Of a stretch of 64,000 bases of DNA, positions 26,220-39,767 are shown one piece after another (position 1 is the first letter of the stretch; each line of letters starts with the position of its first letter). The position numbers and the translations under genes were made by a program. Source of the DNA: Hamiltosporidium tvaerminnensis FI-OER-3-3 (taxonomy: Eukaryota; Fungi; Microsporidia); contig CM061247.1 of assembly GCA_022605425.2 (NCBI GenBank), positions 806,001 through 870,000 of the forward strand. The letters are read 5' to 3'. Below the pieces are notes generated by a model. That model had not been told where the DNA came from, did not search any database, and worked only from the letters and a program-made list of their open reading frames with translations.

Positions 26220-27120
26220 AGAAGGCTATAATAAAGGGCCATCGTCTCAGACTCCACCAAGTTTTTTGTTTTTTTAAATAATAATTCAAAAAATTCCCGT
26301 TTCAATTTGATTTTCACATTCTAAATGTTAAGTTTTAGAAGAAATTTTTGTTATTATTTTATTCTGCCCTTTTTCGTTCTTGAATATATTTTCCTGTTAA
26401 ATCGAATAAATAATGGTAAAAACATGTTAGAAAAAACCGTAAAAAGAATACATTTTCTAAACCTTTAACTTAATCTGTACTCATCTAATTTATGTTTTAT
26501 TTTCTTTATTTTTTTAGATTTTTTGATTAAAATACAAAAGTGTGTCATAATATATAATGGAAAAGAAAAAAAACAGTGTGCCGTAATTTTCGGGAAGGCA
26601 GCTAAGTTTGAAGTACATCTCCAACAAGGAGATCGTCTTCCTGCTCACCATTCCTCTGTTGTTGTAAAGTAAAGAATTGTTTTTAGAAAATTGTCTTTAT
26701 TTGTTTTGTTCATGATGGCACCCCTCCTTTTATTTTTAAAATATAAATATCATATTTTTGTGATATAAATAATATCACACAGTGAAAAAACAAGCATATA
26801 AAAAAACCGAGTAAAAGAAAGGTACATTAATATTCAGATTTTTTTATTCCTTTTATTTTGTGATTATTATTCTTAATTTTATTTTTTTGAATTCTTTTTT
26901 ATTTAATTTATTTAAATTTATTTTCGGTTTAAAAAGGTCTTATCTTATTTAAACTCTTTAATTTATCCCAAAATAATCATTTTCCCGCTTTCATAGTCTT
27001 TTTCCGCCAAAAAAACTATAAATACGAATAATTTGCCGGCCCAATCCTATTTAGTAGATGTGATAACCGGGTAAATTTTACTTTTAGCCATGGTAAAATT
27101 CAGCAAGAGGGGGACTAAAT
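26220..27120. repeat. Old dispersed AT-rich repeat (homolog split across 50200-50434, 51171-51236 and 55051-55565)
   Basis: Shared collinear blocks: CCGTTTCAATTTGATT, ATTTTATTCTG, GATTAAAATACAAAAG, AGTC.TTT.CCGCC.AAAAAAA, AGAT.TGATAA. Confidence 0.6.
26579..26779. mobile_element. Solo-LTR-like 201-bp insertion (TG...CA, 5-bp TSD CAGTG)
   Basis: CAGTG at 26574-26578 and 26780-26784 flanks TG...CA; the segment is absent from the homologous repeat near 55135. Confidence 0.55.
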
Positions 27121-29820
27121 ATACAATATACATTATTTAAGCAAACATTAATTTAAACTTGAATTAAAACGGAAACTAAAATTTCATATTAAGAAACTAG
27201 TATATACTATTATATCCATTTGCTAAATATGTTAAGGCAACAATACTTTCACGAGATTTGCGAGTGGTTTCAGCTTAAGTTAATAACTTAATTCACTGTT
27301 AAGTATACGCTTGGTGTTTTGTTTTTAAAAACTTTTACCACGATTAAAATTTTAATATTCTGGCACAAACTATTTACGACATTTACAACTTTTAAAAATG
27401 AATCAAAACATTTTCCCCAATGAACCCATACAAACTGTCTAGTGTAGTGCCTTACAAAAAATACCCATTAAGATTTATATTTGACTGTAACTTATGTAAC
27501 TATCGTAGTAAATATAATATTACGAAAAATGTAAATTCGGATTTTTTTAAATATAAAAACAGAGAATAAATGTATGAAATTCCAAAATCAACCTCTAGTA
27601 AATATATTAGACAAAGAAATAACAAAACATTTAAAATACTTGTCAAATTAAAAAATTAATCCAAGAACTTGCAGCAAGTCATAAAACAAAGATCGTTTTT
27701 ACAATAAAAATTCGCCCTGAAAAAAACAGGCAGAAAAACAATGCCACAAATGCTTAAGTTCTAAGGAGAGTTTTAACTATTAGGATCATTTTGATTACCG
27801 ATGGGCTTCCTCAACTTGCTTGATTTTTTAAGATATTTTTCAGCGGTAATAATTATCTGCTATGAAGCTGACAACCTAACCAATCAAAAGAAATTTGTCC
27901 ATTGAACGCCCATAACATGGTATATCTATGATTCATCGTTGGATTGTGTTCCATTCGTAGAGAAGGTGCGAGCTATTAAATAAATAAATAATTATCTGCT
28001 GGAATGAAACATAACTTACTCCTAAATTTAGATATTTTTTAAAAAATTATCACGATGATTATTGTTTTAAGAGATATCCAAAGTTATATACATTCTAAAA
28101 TAACTTATGTCAATAAAATATCTATTATTTTAGCTTTTATATTTTTAGAAATATTATTCAGTGCAAATCACATGCGTAAAATTTTCTCTAAAAGAATTTA
28201 TGACGAACGAATTGATATCAATATGTTAATGAATATTAATGTTCTGACACCTTTTAATTTGAAATTATATAATAAATAGCACAGAAGAAGCATTAAAACC
28301 TTTTATTTTGTTCTAATAGCGAATTTTTTTGTAGAAAAATGTATACGCAAGTCGGTATATAGAATGCAATGGGGCAGGCTAGATACAAGAATTGCCTATA
28401 AACTCCGCATATAAATAATTAAAAATAATTGTAAGTTCAAAAAAAAATTGGGTAAATCTTAAATGTTAATAAATATACTGCGATCAAAGTATCACTGCAA
28501 GATTTATAAAAGTTCACAGAAAAAGAAACGACTTTAATTAGAAGTTTATAACTTAAATAGAAAAGCAAGAATATTTTATATGAAGAAGTCTGAATTGAAT
28601 GACCATTTTGCAAAAAAATGTTGGCAAAAGTACAAGAATTAAAAATGCTCAATAATTTATTTTTTTTTTCGCATTTAAAAAAAATTAATCTATAATTTTA
28701 GTAATATTAGATTGACTGAAACATTTTTTTTGAATTTAAGAGTTCTTTCTCATTTAATTACACACATGATTCTGATTTAAATTTTTAACAAAAGCATCTT
28801 TATATTTAATTTATTCACAGAAATAGTTTTAGGATGTTTTTATATGAAATTTCAAAGGAATTGTGTGTTTTTGTATTTATTTCTAAGATAATAAAGAAAA
28901 AAATGCAATTTTTTGTGCAAATCTATCTAAAACACAAATCAATACTAAAAAAATCTTAAGCCGTTTGAAGTCCTTTTCGTAAATAGTCTGAAATTTAAAA
29001 TATGACTTATAACTTGAATTTCGCCATAGCGGCGATAGACGGTTTTGCCACTGTAGCTTATTTATGTGAGAATTGATTTTAATGTGTTTATGTTTATACT
29101 ACAAAGGTATACAATGCGCACTTTTTGAACTAAAAGTATTCAGTTCATAAAGTTTTAACCTTCTGCGCCTAGAATGTGAAAGATGATTATTTGACAAAAT
29201 TATGAAATAAATGATGTAGAATATGAACTTTATTTTGTTTTAAACTGATAAGATTGAAGCGAAATATTTGTCAGCAACAATATAAATAATCAAGATAGTT
29301 ATGATAGTGACACAATAAATGCGAAAAAATGAAGTATTCGACTAAGTGGATACATTTTTAAAAACCAAGACGTTTATATGTAGACAACAATTAATGGATT
29401 GATATTACTGACATTGCACTTGATTTTTCTTTTTATTTATAACACAATTGTGGTTAATGTGGCAGCGTGTTGCCTAGATAGGTATAAGAGTACCTCTCTA
29501 GATTCCAAAGGACTAAAAATTTTGCTTTGTTAAGCTTTATGAATGTTCCTATATAATTGTAAAGTCATTCATAGCCAAATAAAGGAGTAGATGATTTTTT
29601 TTTAAATATTGTTCTTTTGTAAAAATATTATAATGTTACTATTATAATTCGATTATCTACCTTATCGTTTTTGTATATTAAAAACTTCACCTTTATCTTA
29701 AATATAAATTAGGAAAGTGGTAACAATATTCCTTTTTTTGCTAATCAATTTTTAATCAACGATAAAATTGAAAAATAATTTCTGATAAAAATCATTTAAA
29801 GCAAATCATTTACATTATTT

Positions 29821-30603
29821 ATGTCATTTTGGAGAACAAAAACATTTCGAATTTCAACGATTATTGTTTTGGGATTGATAATTGTTGGTTTACTAATAGG
29901 AGGCATCGGATACTATAAAGCTACTAATGCTATTAAAGATTCTGAAAGAGATTTTAAAAATGTTTCTAAAACAGAGCAATTTAAGAATCATCTCTCAAAA
30001 GTTAAAAACGCAAATATTGCATTCTTTTTGATTTTGGAAGGCTTCAAAATTTTTTGGATTGTTGATCCCAAAGACAATATTATAAAAATATTCAAAAAAA
30101 ATGAAGCGCAGGGAACAGATAAAACTCCCAAACAATTTCAAATTAATTATAGTATGGATTTGCAAAAGATCGAACGTGCAAGTAATTTTCTGGATCTATT
30201 TTCATTCGAATAATCTGGATTTACTAAAATTCTACCAAATCTTGGTTTTTTAGCTAAAATAGGCTTAAAGTTTAAAAGAAAACATTCTATAAAAGATATT
30301 TATAATGCAGTTAAAATTTTTGACAATGAATTAAATAGACAGCTAAATTTCAAACAACGTACATTTTTGGTTTTAGAAATTATTGATGTCAAAAATATTA
30401 TAGTATATAAATTACATATGAAGCATGGAGAAAATACATTTCTTGGTGTTTCAACCTCTTTAACATTCGAATCTTTAAAAATAAATGATGAAGTATACTA
30501 TGTCTCGGATTTTATTACTTATATTGCAGAAAAGGTATATAAGGAGGCAACAACTGATGCTATTTTGAATGAATTTAAAAAAATATTCAATATAAATGCA
30601 TAA
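29821..30603 (+). pseudogene. MSFW-family paralog 4 with a single in-frame TAA
   Basis: TAA at 30211-30213 (FSFE*SGFTKILPNLGF versus FVFEPSDFTKILPNVGF in paralog 5); the frame continues unbroken to 30603. Confidence 0.85.
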
Positions 30604-33600
30604 TCATAAAATGAGTTAGAATAAATAATCTTCGGTGCTTTTACAATTTTAATTTGTCTTTTTCATACGATATTAGTTGAATTTTTTTCATTTACAAATT
30701 TCTTTAGTAAAAATCATATTGTTGCGGAATACTCATGTTTTAATTTTAAAAATGTGGATTATATTAATGAATGACTTTCTATTTGTTGATTAATAATCGT
30801 AATTATTGTTTTATTCAAAGCAACTATTTCAAATTTACAAGATGTTATAATTCTCGCTGAATCTAACGGTATTAATGTCTGGGCGAGTTAAGAGTGTATA
30901 GTTCTTTGTAAAAATTCTAGCTTCAATAAATTATTCGAAATATTTGATTCATATTTATACAGTTACATTATTTGTATTTAAATTGGCTCATTCATTCAAA
31001 AAATATCGGTTTGAAGAGTAGTAACTGTCCGAAGAATGCTTGATTACATTGATATAATACAATTTAATCGAAAATTTAATTAGAAAAAAATTAGGCTAGA
31101 GTCTGAGTTTACGTTAAAATTTTATGATTTGCTTTTCTTTTTTTGTATTAGAGATAGAAAAATAAATGTTAAATTTAAAGCCGTTTACGCCAGAAAACGA
31201 GGGTTGACGAAATCATTTGTTGAAATGGCATGGGAATCGAAAAATAAAAAAATACTCATGTTTAATCTTTATATTTATGACTTATATATACATTCCATTG
31301 GTATAAGTAATTTTTTGTTTATTTAGTTAAATACTACATTAATATAGACAAAGAATAATAAACTATGTGACTAAATATAGCTACTTTGCAGAAATATATT
31401 AATTTGTGTTCAATCAATTAAATTTCACACATTATAACAGCAATAAATCCTTTTCATCAATATCAATTTTTCGAAATGATTATTTAAAAAGAATAGTGCT
31501 TCTCAAATACATGTAAATTGAAAATATCATAATATTAGCCTATAAATGAATATTTTAAATGGAAAATTGACTAAAACTATGCATATAAACTTCAAATCAT
31601 CTTAAGAAATTGTTTAAAATTATTTGGATTTCAAAAAATAGGTGTATATCACAATTAAAGATTGAATGGGTTATTTATATAAATGTTAGATTAAAAAATC
31701 TTCTATATGAAAACCCGAGATTTATTCTTAATATTAAGAGATGCGCGTTGGAAGCTCAAAATAATAGAAATCATAGAGGCATTTATTCGATCGAAACAAT
31801 AAAATGTTGATCAAATATATTTCTTTAGATAAACAAAGACGATTAAATTCTTAAAAATATTCACGCAAGTTTGAAATGCAACATTAAAGTTCTAATATTA
31901 GAGGGATAGAAACTTTGAAATCTATTGTCAGGTTTTTACATATAAGCAAACGAGAAGGTTGGGTTAAGTAAAAAACTCTTATAATCAGTAAAATCCTTGA
32001 ATTTATAGATTAAACGACATAAAAGAAGCAAAAATTAGAAAATAAAACCGAAGAATGATTATTACCTGAAGAAAACAGTTTCAAAAAAAATATGAGAATC
32101 AGAAATTTAGCAATCTAACACAAATTTTGCACAAATACTTTTTTTTTGTTTTTTAAAAGTGCCTTTATTGAAAAGAGAAGAGAAAAACACGTTAGCTGAA
32201 ATTATAAAGAAACTCTGTAAAACATGAAAAGTTTATTGGGGAAATATCTGAACGTTGGAAAATCGTTTTTTCTTATCTAAAATATCTGCAATATTCTTGA
32301 ATGATAAGAATATATTTTTTCCCAAAAAATATCCTCGAATTAGTTTTGACTGGTTTCCTGTCACGATACCATCGTCTTTTGGCTCCAATGCTTCCGAATT
32401 TAGATAGGCGAGAACATTAAAACTCTCATCGTTTTTAAACTTCTGAAAGAAACCCGATATATAATATAGCAATATACGCAGACATTGTGCCACCTTCAAA
32501 ATAAAATTGGTGGAAATATGTAATGAAAAAGGCAGTATGTAGAATTTTATATAAAGACTGCCTATAAATTCTGAGATACACAATCAGAAATCTTTAATGT
32601 ATATAGTTAGTTTACACTCTAAGAAAACTTGAAGTGTAATAAAGAAGTCAAGGCAAAAAGTAGCTCGTTCTCTAAATGTGAGCTTAACGGAATTCATGTC
32701 CAGTTTTATATCTCGCGGCCGTTAGATTTATTGCTTTAAAACGAATAATGCTATAAAGAGCATATATTTTTACCGTAATACGTGAAATACTTACATGATT
32801 ATTCTATTCCTTTTTCAATGCTCAATCTCAAGGCTAAATAAATGGAATTTTAATTTGCTCGATTAAATTGTTTGCATTTCATAATTATGTGAATTAGTCT
32901 ATATATCCGTATGGATTTCATCATATCAAAATACAAAAAAGAATTGCACACACGCAACCCCAAGAAGATAGTTTTTAATAAGATTACACTCTTCGACCTA
33001 TAGTCTAAATATACATAAAGAAAAGATTTAATAAAATAACAGACTGCCTTTTTTTTGATTTGTGTCTACATTTGTGAAGAAGGAACAGAGTATAAATAGT
33101 GATACTGCAAACAAAGAATAAGAAAATTTACTTCAGGACTTTCCTCTAGTGATAATATTATTTAGCCGATTCATTCACTGTACAATTATAATGAACAAAC
33201 ACTTAGTAAAACCAAAGATTTCGAAGCAAAGAGAACTAGCATATGTTTTTTATGTTTCGGAAGATTTTCATTAAATTAGTTTAAGGTATATCGCGGAAAT
33301 TCATTTGACGGAGAACGTAAATATGCAAATATCATGGCCCACAGCGAAAAATGATGCGAAAGTGATATTCCGATTAAATATATTCTAATGGGAACAAAAA
33401 AACAAAGAAATACACGAATACTACCAAATATAAAAAACGGGGAAGCTTCTTCATGTCATATTGGATTTTGTTTGTGGAAAAAGCATTAGCAGAAAGCCAC
33501 TGCTGAAAATATAAAATTTTGTAGAAACTTTTGCCTTTATAATCGATCATAAATGTCCAAAAATTTTACTTGTGGCTCCCGTTACGCGACTTGGTTTTTC

Positions 33601-33899
33601 GATATTAAAAAATAGAAAAATACTATCGATAAAAATAAACGGCTTTTGGAAAAAAAACTATTTTAATGCTAAACTCCGATCAGTTTTATAACATTGTTAT
33701 GAAAAAGATAAATGAAACGTGGGCTTAAGCGAGATCAAAAAGTGGCTTTCAGCATCGGTTTTCCATCAAATTATGACACAGCCGTGTATAATTTAAAGAT
33801 TCGATTATTTCAAATATGTATAATAATTTTTTTTCACAATTCAAATCTTAATTTCATGAACGGATTTCATTAGGAAAGCCGTTGTACAATAATATTTGA

Positions 33900-35250
33900 T
33901 TCTTTTTTGTGATAAATTGTATCTCTTCTAAATATCTTTAGGATATTGTGAAAGCCATCTGTATGAAGGATTATTTGAAATGGTTAGTTATCTGCTGATA
34001 TATGTACAAGTAAAGAGAATTAAACGATATCTAATCAGCACATGCCAATTAGTTGTATGTAAAACTTACAAAATTTGAAACGTAACATTTGATGTGGTTG
34101 TACATTTTGATATGGCAAAGCCATTCAAGTATCTGGTAAAAATTTAGGCATGCGATATTAGTGTAATTAAAACTTCTTTATCCTGAACGTTTTTTTGCTA
34201 AAAAACACATTCCGATATTTAAGCCGCTTAATTGATTTTATAAACCCCAGTATTGTATATTCTATGCATATTTGACTCGATGTATTGAAAATACATACCC
34301 TAACGAATCCTGAAATTAATAAGAAAAAGATACCAAATTAAATATTATAGAGACTTACAAACTGAAAGCTTAAGAAAAAGGACTATAGAAGTATATTGTA
34401 TCATGATTGTAGGTCATTTTCGATTTTTGAGTTGTTATGAGATCATTTGAGCCGAGAATTTTTTAAAAAGCAGATTAAGGTGGAAATACGCTGTGCGCTG
34501 TTTCACACTCATACTCATAAATCTCTTAATAGATGGTGATCCTACCCCTCTATACGAGAATAATACATCGTTATATTAATATCAGATCGGTCTATAGAAT
34601 TTTTTTACAGGTTTTGGATTATATATAAAATAAAATACTCGTCTAAAAATATACTTATTAGCTCAAGTTTGCTAATATTTTATAAGATTTGGTCTGTATA
34701 TAAAGTTGAGAAGAATAGAAGAAGCAGATATGTATGACACGTAGCTAATGCAAAGAAGTTGGTTTCAAACAAATAGCACGACTTGAAAGAATCTTGTAGT
34801 TAGATAAAATGCGAGAAATTATTTCTTAAACATAGAATAATTCTATTTCGTCAATAACCTATCATATAGTATAAATGCAACCCAAATAGTATGTTTTTAT
34901 AAGTTAAATGATGATACTGTTGTACGCTTATAGATAAAATGTTAATCTCTACCTAAAATGTAAACAAAATTTTAGTTTGATAAAAAACTTGAAAAAAACC
35001 TAAATCTCATGGGGGCAAGATAAACATATAATTTGCTTTTCTTAGATTTTCTGAGATAAAGTAACGATTTAAAACTCGAAATGCAAGAATAATAAGATAA
35101 AATAGGCTAGAGAATCTATTCTCTATTGATAAAAGACATCTTTCTGACAAAATATAAAGCGAAACTAAAATTGGAAATCAAAACAAATTAGCTATTATCT
35201 ACAACTAAATTGTACCAAAACTGAAACAGGAGGCTCAATTCAAGGTAATA
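33900..35250 (+). mobile_element. Highly degenerate relic of the R4-like retrotransposon
   Basis: GATATTGTGAAAGCCAT (33942) and ACACGTAGCT...AGAAGT...ATAGCACGACTTGAAAGA (34737-34790) align to copies B and C. Boundaries are approximate. Confidence 0.6.
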
Positions 35251-36452
35251 AAGGAATAAAATAGATTAACGTGAGCTTCTCGGTGACTCACTGAGATGAT
35301 AAACTTCGATTATAAAGTTTAGCGAAAATGCTGTCCTGCTGATAAATACTTAATAGAAACGATTCCTGAGCCAAAAGAAAGTTTCATATCTACTATTAGT
35401 CTGAGTAAGCAAAAATTCTTTAGGCCATTCGATATGAAAGAAAATCCATTGATAGAATCAAATGGTCTGAATAAAGAAACCGAGTACATTTGTTTGCTTT
35501 TCTTAAAAAAAATTAAATTCAAAACTACACAAAAAATTGGAAATCAAGCAGCTCCAGAAATTATTTAAAATAAAAATCTATAATAAGATTGGGTAGCTAA
35601 ATCAAAATGAATGTTAAAATTTGGAATATAAATCAAATAAATTTAATTTTACAAGAGCCAAAACAGAATACTTCTCATCGAATGTAATCACATAGTAAAA
35701 TCTGTTTTTAATTCATAGAAAGAAGTATAAAATTCTAAGTATTTGGCAAACGGTTACATTAAATTATGCTTCTAGAGCCCAATCTTCTTACCAAAATCTA
35801 TTAAGGTTAGTGATCAAATACATAATATGACATCAAGAGAACTAAATACAAGTAAAAATGTGGTTTCTAATTTAGTCTATAGACTACAAAAAAACGATTT
35901 CAACTTATTTTTCATTCAAGAGAATAATTAAATCCGAGGCCTAGATTTGATGAGATTCTCAAAAATATTTTCTTAAAATAATACTAAAAGCGACAACCAT
36001 CGAAATTCTCACATTGTAATTAAGCATTTACACGAAATTACGAGTGTATATAGTAAATAAGCACAAAAATTAATAAATTCTAGTGTGTAGATGAATTATC
36101 TGAAAACAATGCTTAAAATTAATATAAACAATAAGAGTTAAATAAACCAGGGAAAGAAGTAGACATAAACAAAAAACGAAAAGAAAAAACTTAGCCTACA
36201 TTTATTTTGTTTACTAAAATTATATAACAATACTGAATATATAAAATTTACATGGTATTCAAAGACACCCAAATATACATCTGCATAAAGTATAACATAA
36301 ATTGAAAACCAAAAAAGCGATTTAAACAAAATGATTGAAGCTGAAAAAATTCTCAAAATAATATATAAAAAATAATCTGGATCTTTAATACCAATATATT
36401 CTATACATGCTTCCCAATAAATAAAAAATTCTATATTTTTATTCTATAACTT

Positions 36453-36601
36453 ATTTCACAAGGAGGAACCACTTTAGAGGAACCGACCAATAACATAAAT
36501 GAAGAGTCGGATTTGGAAGAAGAGACAATAGTGGTTAAAGAGGTAGAAGAAAACATATAAAAATGGTAAAAATATTTAACCCAGAATTTTATTAAATAAA
36601 A
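36453..36601 (+). mobile_element. 5'-truncated 149-bp copy of the R4-like element with 12-bp TSD
   Basis: Matches the 3' end of copy A; TSD ATTCTATAACTT at 36441-36452 and 36602-36613. Confidence 0.88.
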
Positions 36602-37293
36602 ATTCTATAACTTCACATATTACGTTATATTAAACTAAATAAAAAAAGAAAAACTTCGGTATGAAGTTTCCAGAAAAAATTTTAAGATTTATATGATGGT
36701 TTTTCAGATAACAACATAGAGGGTTAGTATTTGTCACACAGTCTATACTACCGAAACGCATCTATTTGGTTTCCATTTTCATTCTGTAAATAATTGAATT
36801 TTATGAATTGTTTTATACCGCGAATGTGCTGGTTATTTAAGCTAATTAGCTCTCTTAGAGATATTTGTTTTTAGGAGTGAATTTACGAACGTTTACTATC
36901 ATTATAATAGTTATTTTTCTGAAAGAAAGCAAAATGGTTTAAAATAGCTATGTCATTTGCCCAAATTAAGGAGTATCATTAAATTTAAAAAATTTTTTTT
37001 TCACTTTATCAGCTGTTTACACAATTTTATCTTAAATTAAAAAGGCAACTCAAACAATGAAATATATAACTGGTTATTTTATAAATACAAAAAAGGAAAA
37101 AAAAGATAGTTTTCATTGATAAAGATTTAAATAACACTTTTAATCATTTCTTATAATTAATATTTGGCTTATCCGAAATTATAGAAGAATCGCTTACAAA
37201 TATTTTCTTTTTTTGGAAATATCGTTTTTTAAAACAGATAAAACTGTATCTTTTTTAGATAAAAACTATTTATATGAATTATTTTTCTATTGT

Positions 37294-38061
37294 ATGCCAT
37301 TTTGGAAGACAAAGATATTTAAAATTTTGGTGCTGATTTTTGCAGCGCAGATAATAGTCTGGCTAATATTAGGAAGCATTGGTTATAACAAGGCCTGCAG
37401 TGCTATTAAAAAATTTGAGGAAGATTATAAAAAAGTATCCGAGACAGACAAATTTAAAGAGCATCTTTCTAAAACTAAGAATACAAACAAGGCATTCTTT
37501 TTGATTTTGGAAGGTTTTAAAATTTTTTGGATTGTAAATCCCAAAGATGACATTATAAATATTAAAAAACCAAATGCAACGCAAGGAGGCAATTATAATT
37601 CTGGAACTTTAGAAATTACAAATAATATTAATCTCGAAACCATTGAAAAGGCGAGTAGTGCTTCTGATTTATTCGTATTTGAACCCTCTGATTTTACTAA
37701 AATTCTACCAAATGTTGGGTTTTTGACTAGAATTGGATTTATATTTAAGAAAAACCATCCCATAGTAGCAATTCATAAATCATGCAAAATATTTGATGAG
37801 GAATTAAATCAGCATACAAAAGATAAAGAACGTTCATTTGTTGTTTTAGAAATGATCGATGATAAAAAAATCAATATTTATAAATTGCATATGAAAAATA
37901 CAGAAAATAAATTTCGAGGTAAAATGATCGATTTAACATTTGCATCTGCTAAAATAAATGATAAAATGTGTGTTGTATCTGACTACATTACTTATATTGT
38001 TGAAAAGGTGTTTAAAGAGACTTCAGAAGATGCTATTCTAAATGAATTTAAGAAATTGTGA
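37294..38061 (+). CDS. MSFW-family protein, paralog 5
   Basis: Start MPFWKTKIFKIL at ATG 37294 (the track start is an upstream TTG); closest to paralogs 2 and 4. Confidence 0.85.
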   Translation: MPFWKTKIFKILVLIFAAQIIVWLILGSIGYNKACSAIKKFEEDYKKVSETDKFKEHLSKTKNTNKAFFLILEGFKIFWIVNPKDDIINIKKPNATQGGNYNSGTLEITNNINLETIEKASSASDLFVFEPSDFTKILPNVGFLTRIGFIFKKNHPIVAIHKSCKIFDEELNQHTKDKERSFVVLEMIDDKKINIYKLHMKNTENKFRGKMIDLTFASAKINDKMCVVSDYITYIVEKVFKETSEDAILNEFKKL

Positions 38062-38240
38062 GCACAAAACCAGAAGAATAACATGAAACTGACAATAAAC
38101 CCAAGTATTTAAGATATTTTATTATATTTTCGTTTCATTATAGTCTTAATTTATGTATTTTTAACTTAAACATAGATATTTACTAAATTATTTTTAGACT
38201 TTCTTAATTATATTTCACAAAGGCTAAGATAAATATTTAA

Positions 38241-38960
38241 ATACTTTATTTTAAAGTATTACATCTTTTTTAAAATAGTGGCAAGTGTTATATTTGTTTT
38301 CATGACATTAACGCAGTTCTAGGTTTAACATAAATAACTGCTGCCCCAAAACTCCATCAGTAACCCCTGCGATACCTACGTCCCAAAGCCTTTATCTACC
38401 AGGTGTGCAGAACCTAATTACTAGGCGAGGCAGTTGCCCGGAGTTCGTTAATGTCCGTTGCATGGAGTGTGATCGAAGGCCGAAGCCCCCCTTGGGTTCC
38501 CCCAAGACTATGCAGCATTCCCACTTACTCTACACTTTCTGAACCCAATAAACTTCTAGCTAAGATATATTTCAGAGATTTACATGGGGTCCACCTAGAC
38601 AGTGCAATGTCATACCAACAGGTATAACCTGCTACTTAGCTCTCCCGGCTTTTAATTGGTTTTATTTTTATATCTCCCAGGCGCTAAGTCTTCTAACCCG
38701 AGTGAGCAAGGCTAGGTTTCCATGCTTTTACATGGCAATTACCTACATGTTCATCTGCGGTCTGCAATCTGGTTACATAAAAAACTACAAATAAATTTGT
38801 AGAAAAAGTTTCTCCATTTCTTAAACCTCTCCGCATAATAACTTCCATGGAACAACCAAAGATGTAGTGTGGTTTTATTCCCACCAAAAATTCAAACAAT
38901 GATCTTCACACCAGTTTCACACACTCATTGCCAAGCAGAAAGTTTTTTATGTGGTTATCC
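38241..38960 (-). repeat. Long shared-head non-coding element (copy L2)
   Basis: Highly similar to the reverse complement of 46843-47571; head clipped at GGATAAC. Confidence 0.88.
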
Positions 38961-39079
38961 GCAGTTCACTATAACTTTTGAAGCAAAATACTTTTAATTA
39001 ATTTAATATTTTAAATTTTCTTACATTTTTTAAGTCAATTAAATTTTTTTACCCTTTTTCGACAAAATTCAGTTGGGAA

Positions 39080-39700
39080 AAACAGACCCGATATATTTAT
39101 TTTAGATATGAGAAAAATGTAAGAAGATTACACATATTGAAATAGGAATTACTTCCCAAGATTCACTTCAAATAGTTGAAACTAAAAAACTTAGAAAGTA
39201 TAATCTGTTAGCCAATGGGCAGTTAGTCTTATTTATTAGTTGGTGTGTATATAATCTTTTAACTTATGGCCTGGGACGGTATTGTGACCAAATATCATAA
39301 ATCATACCTAAAAAGACTGCAAATGCCCATGAATATAGAAGCTTATATTTAATCTATAGTATCTAAAAAGACAGTCGAAACAATTTTCTTTAATAAACAA
39401 AAATAACCTGAATCTAAACAAATGAAGTAAAGAGATAGGAGAAATGCCAATGGCCGTTATTAAGAAAGCAGAGATGTACAAGGAAATATCTTTCTTTAAA
39501 ATAAGTGATTGTCATGCAACATAGTGTTACTATTTTTTAAACAAATAGTGCACTCTTTATCTCAGAAGAAGATTCTACATTATTAGAACCGACAATAAAC
39601 ATAAATGAAGAGTCAATTTTAGAATAAGAAAAGATTTTCGGATAAGCGGCAGAAAAAATATATAAATGTGTGAAAAAAGGGTTAACCAGAATTTTTTCAA
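39080..39700 (+). mobile_element. 3' fragment (REL endonuclease region and tail) of the R4-like element, degenerate
   Basis: ACTTCCCAAGATTCACTTCAAATAGTTGAAACT, CCTGGGACGGTATTGTGACCAAATATCATAA and TTAACCAGAATTTT match copies B and C. Confidence 0.85.
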
Positions 39701-39767
39701 CAAAATATCTTTGACAAACTTTATATAAAATTATTTTAATTAAAATCAACAAAATTATTTACAAGAA

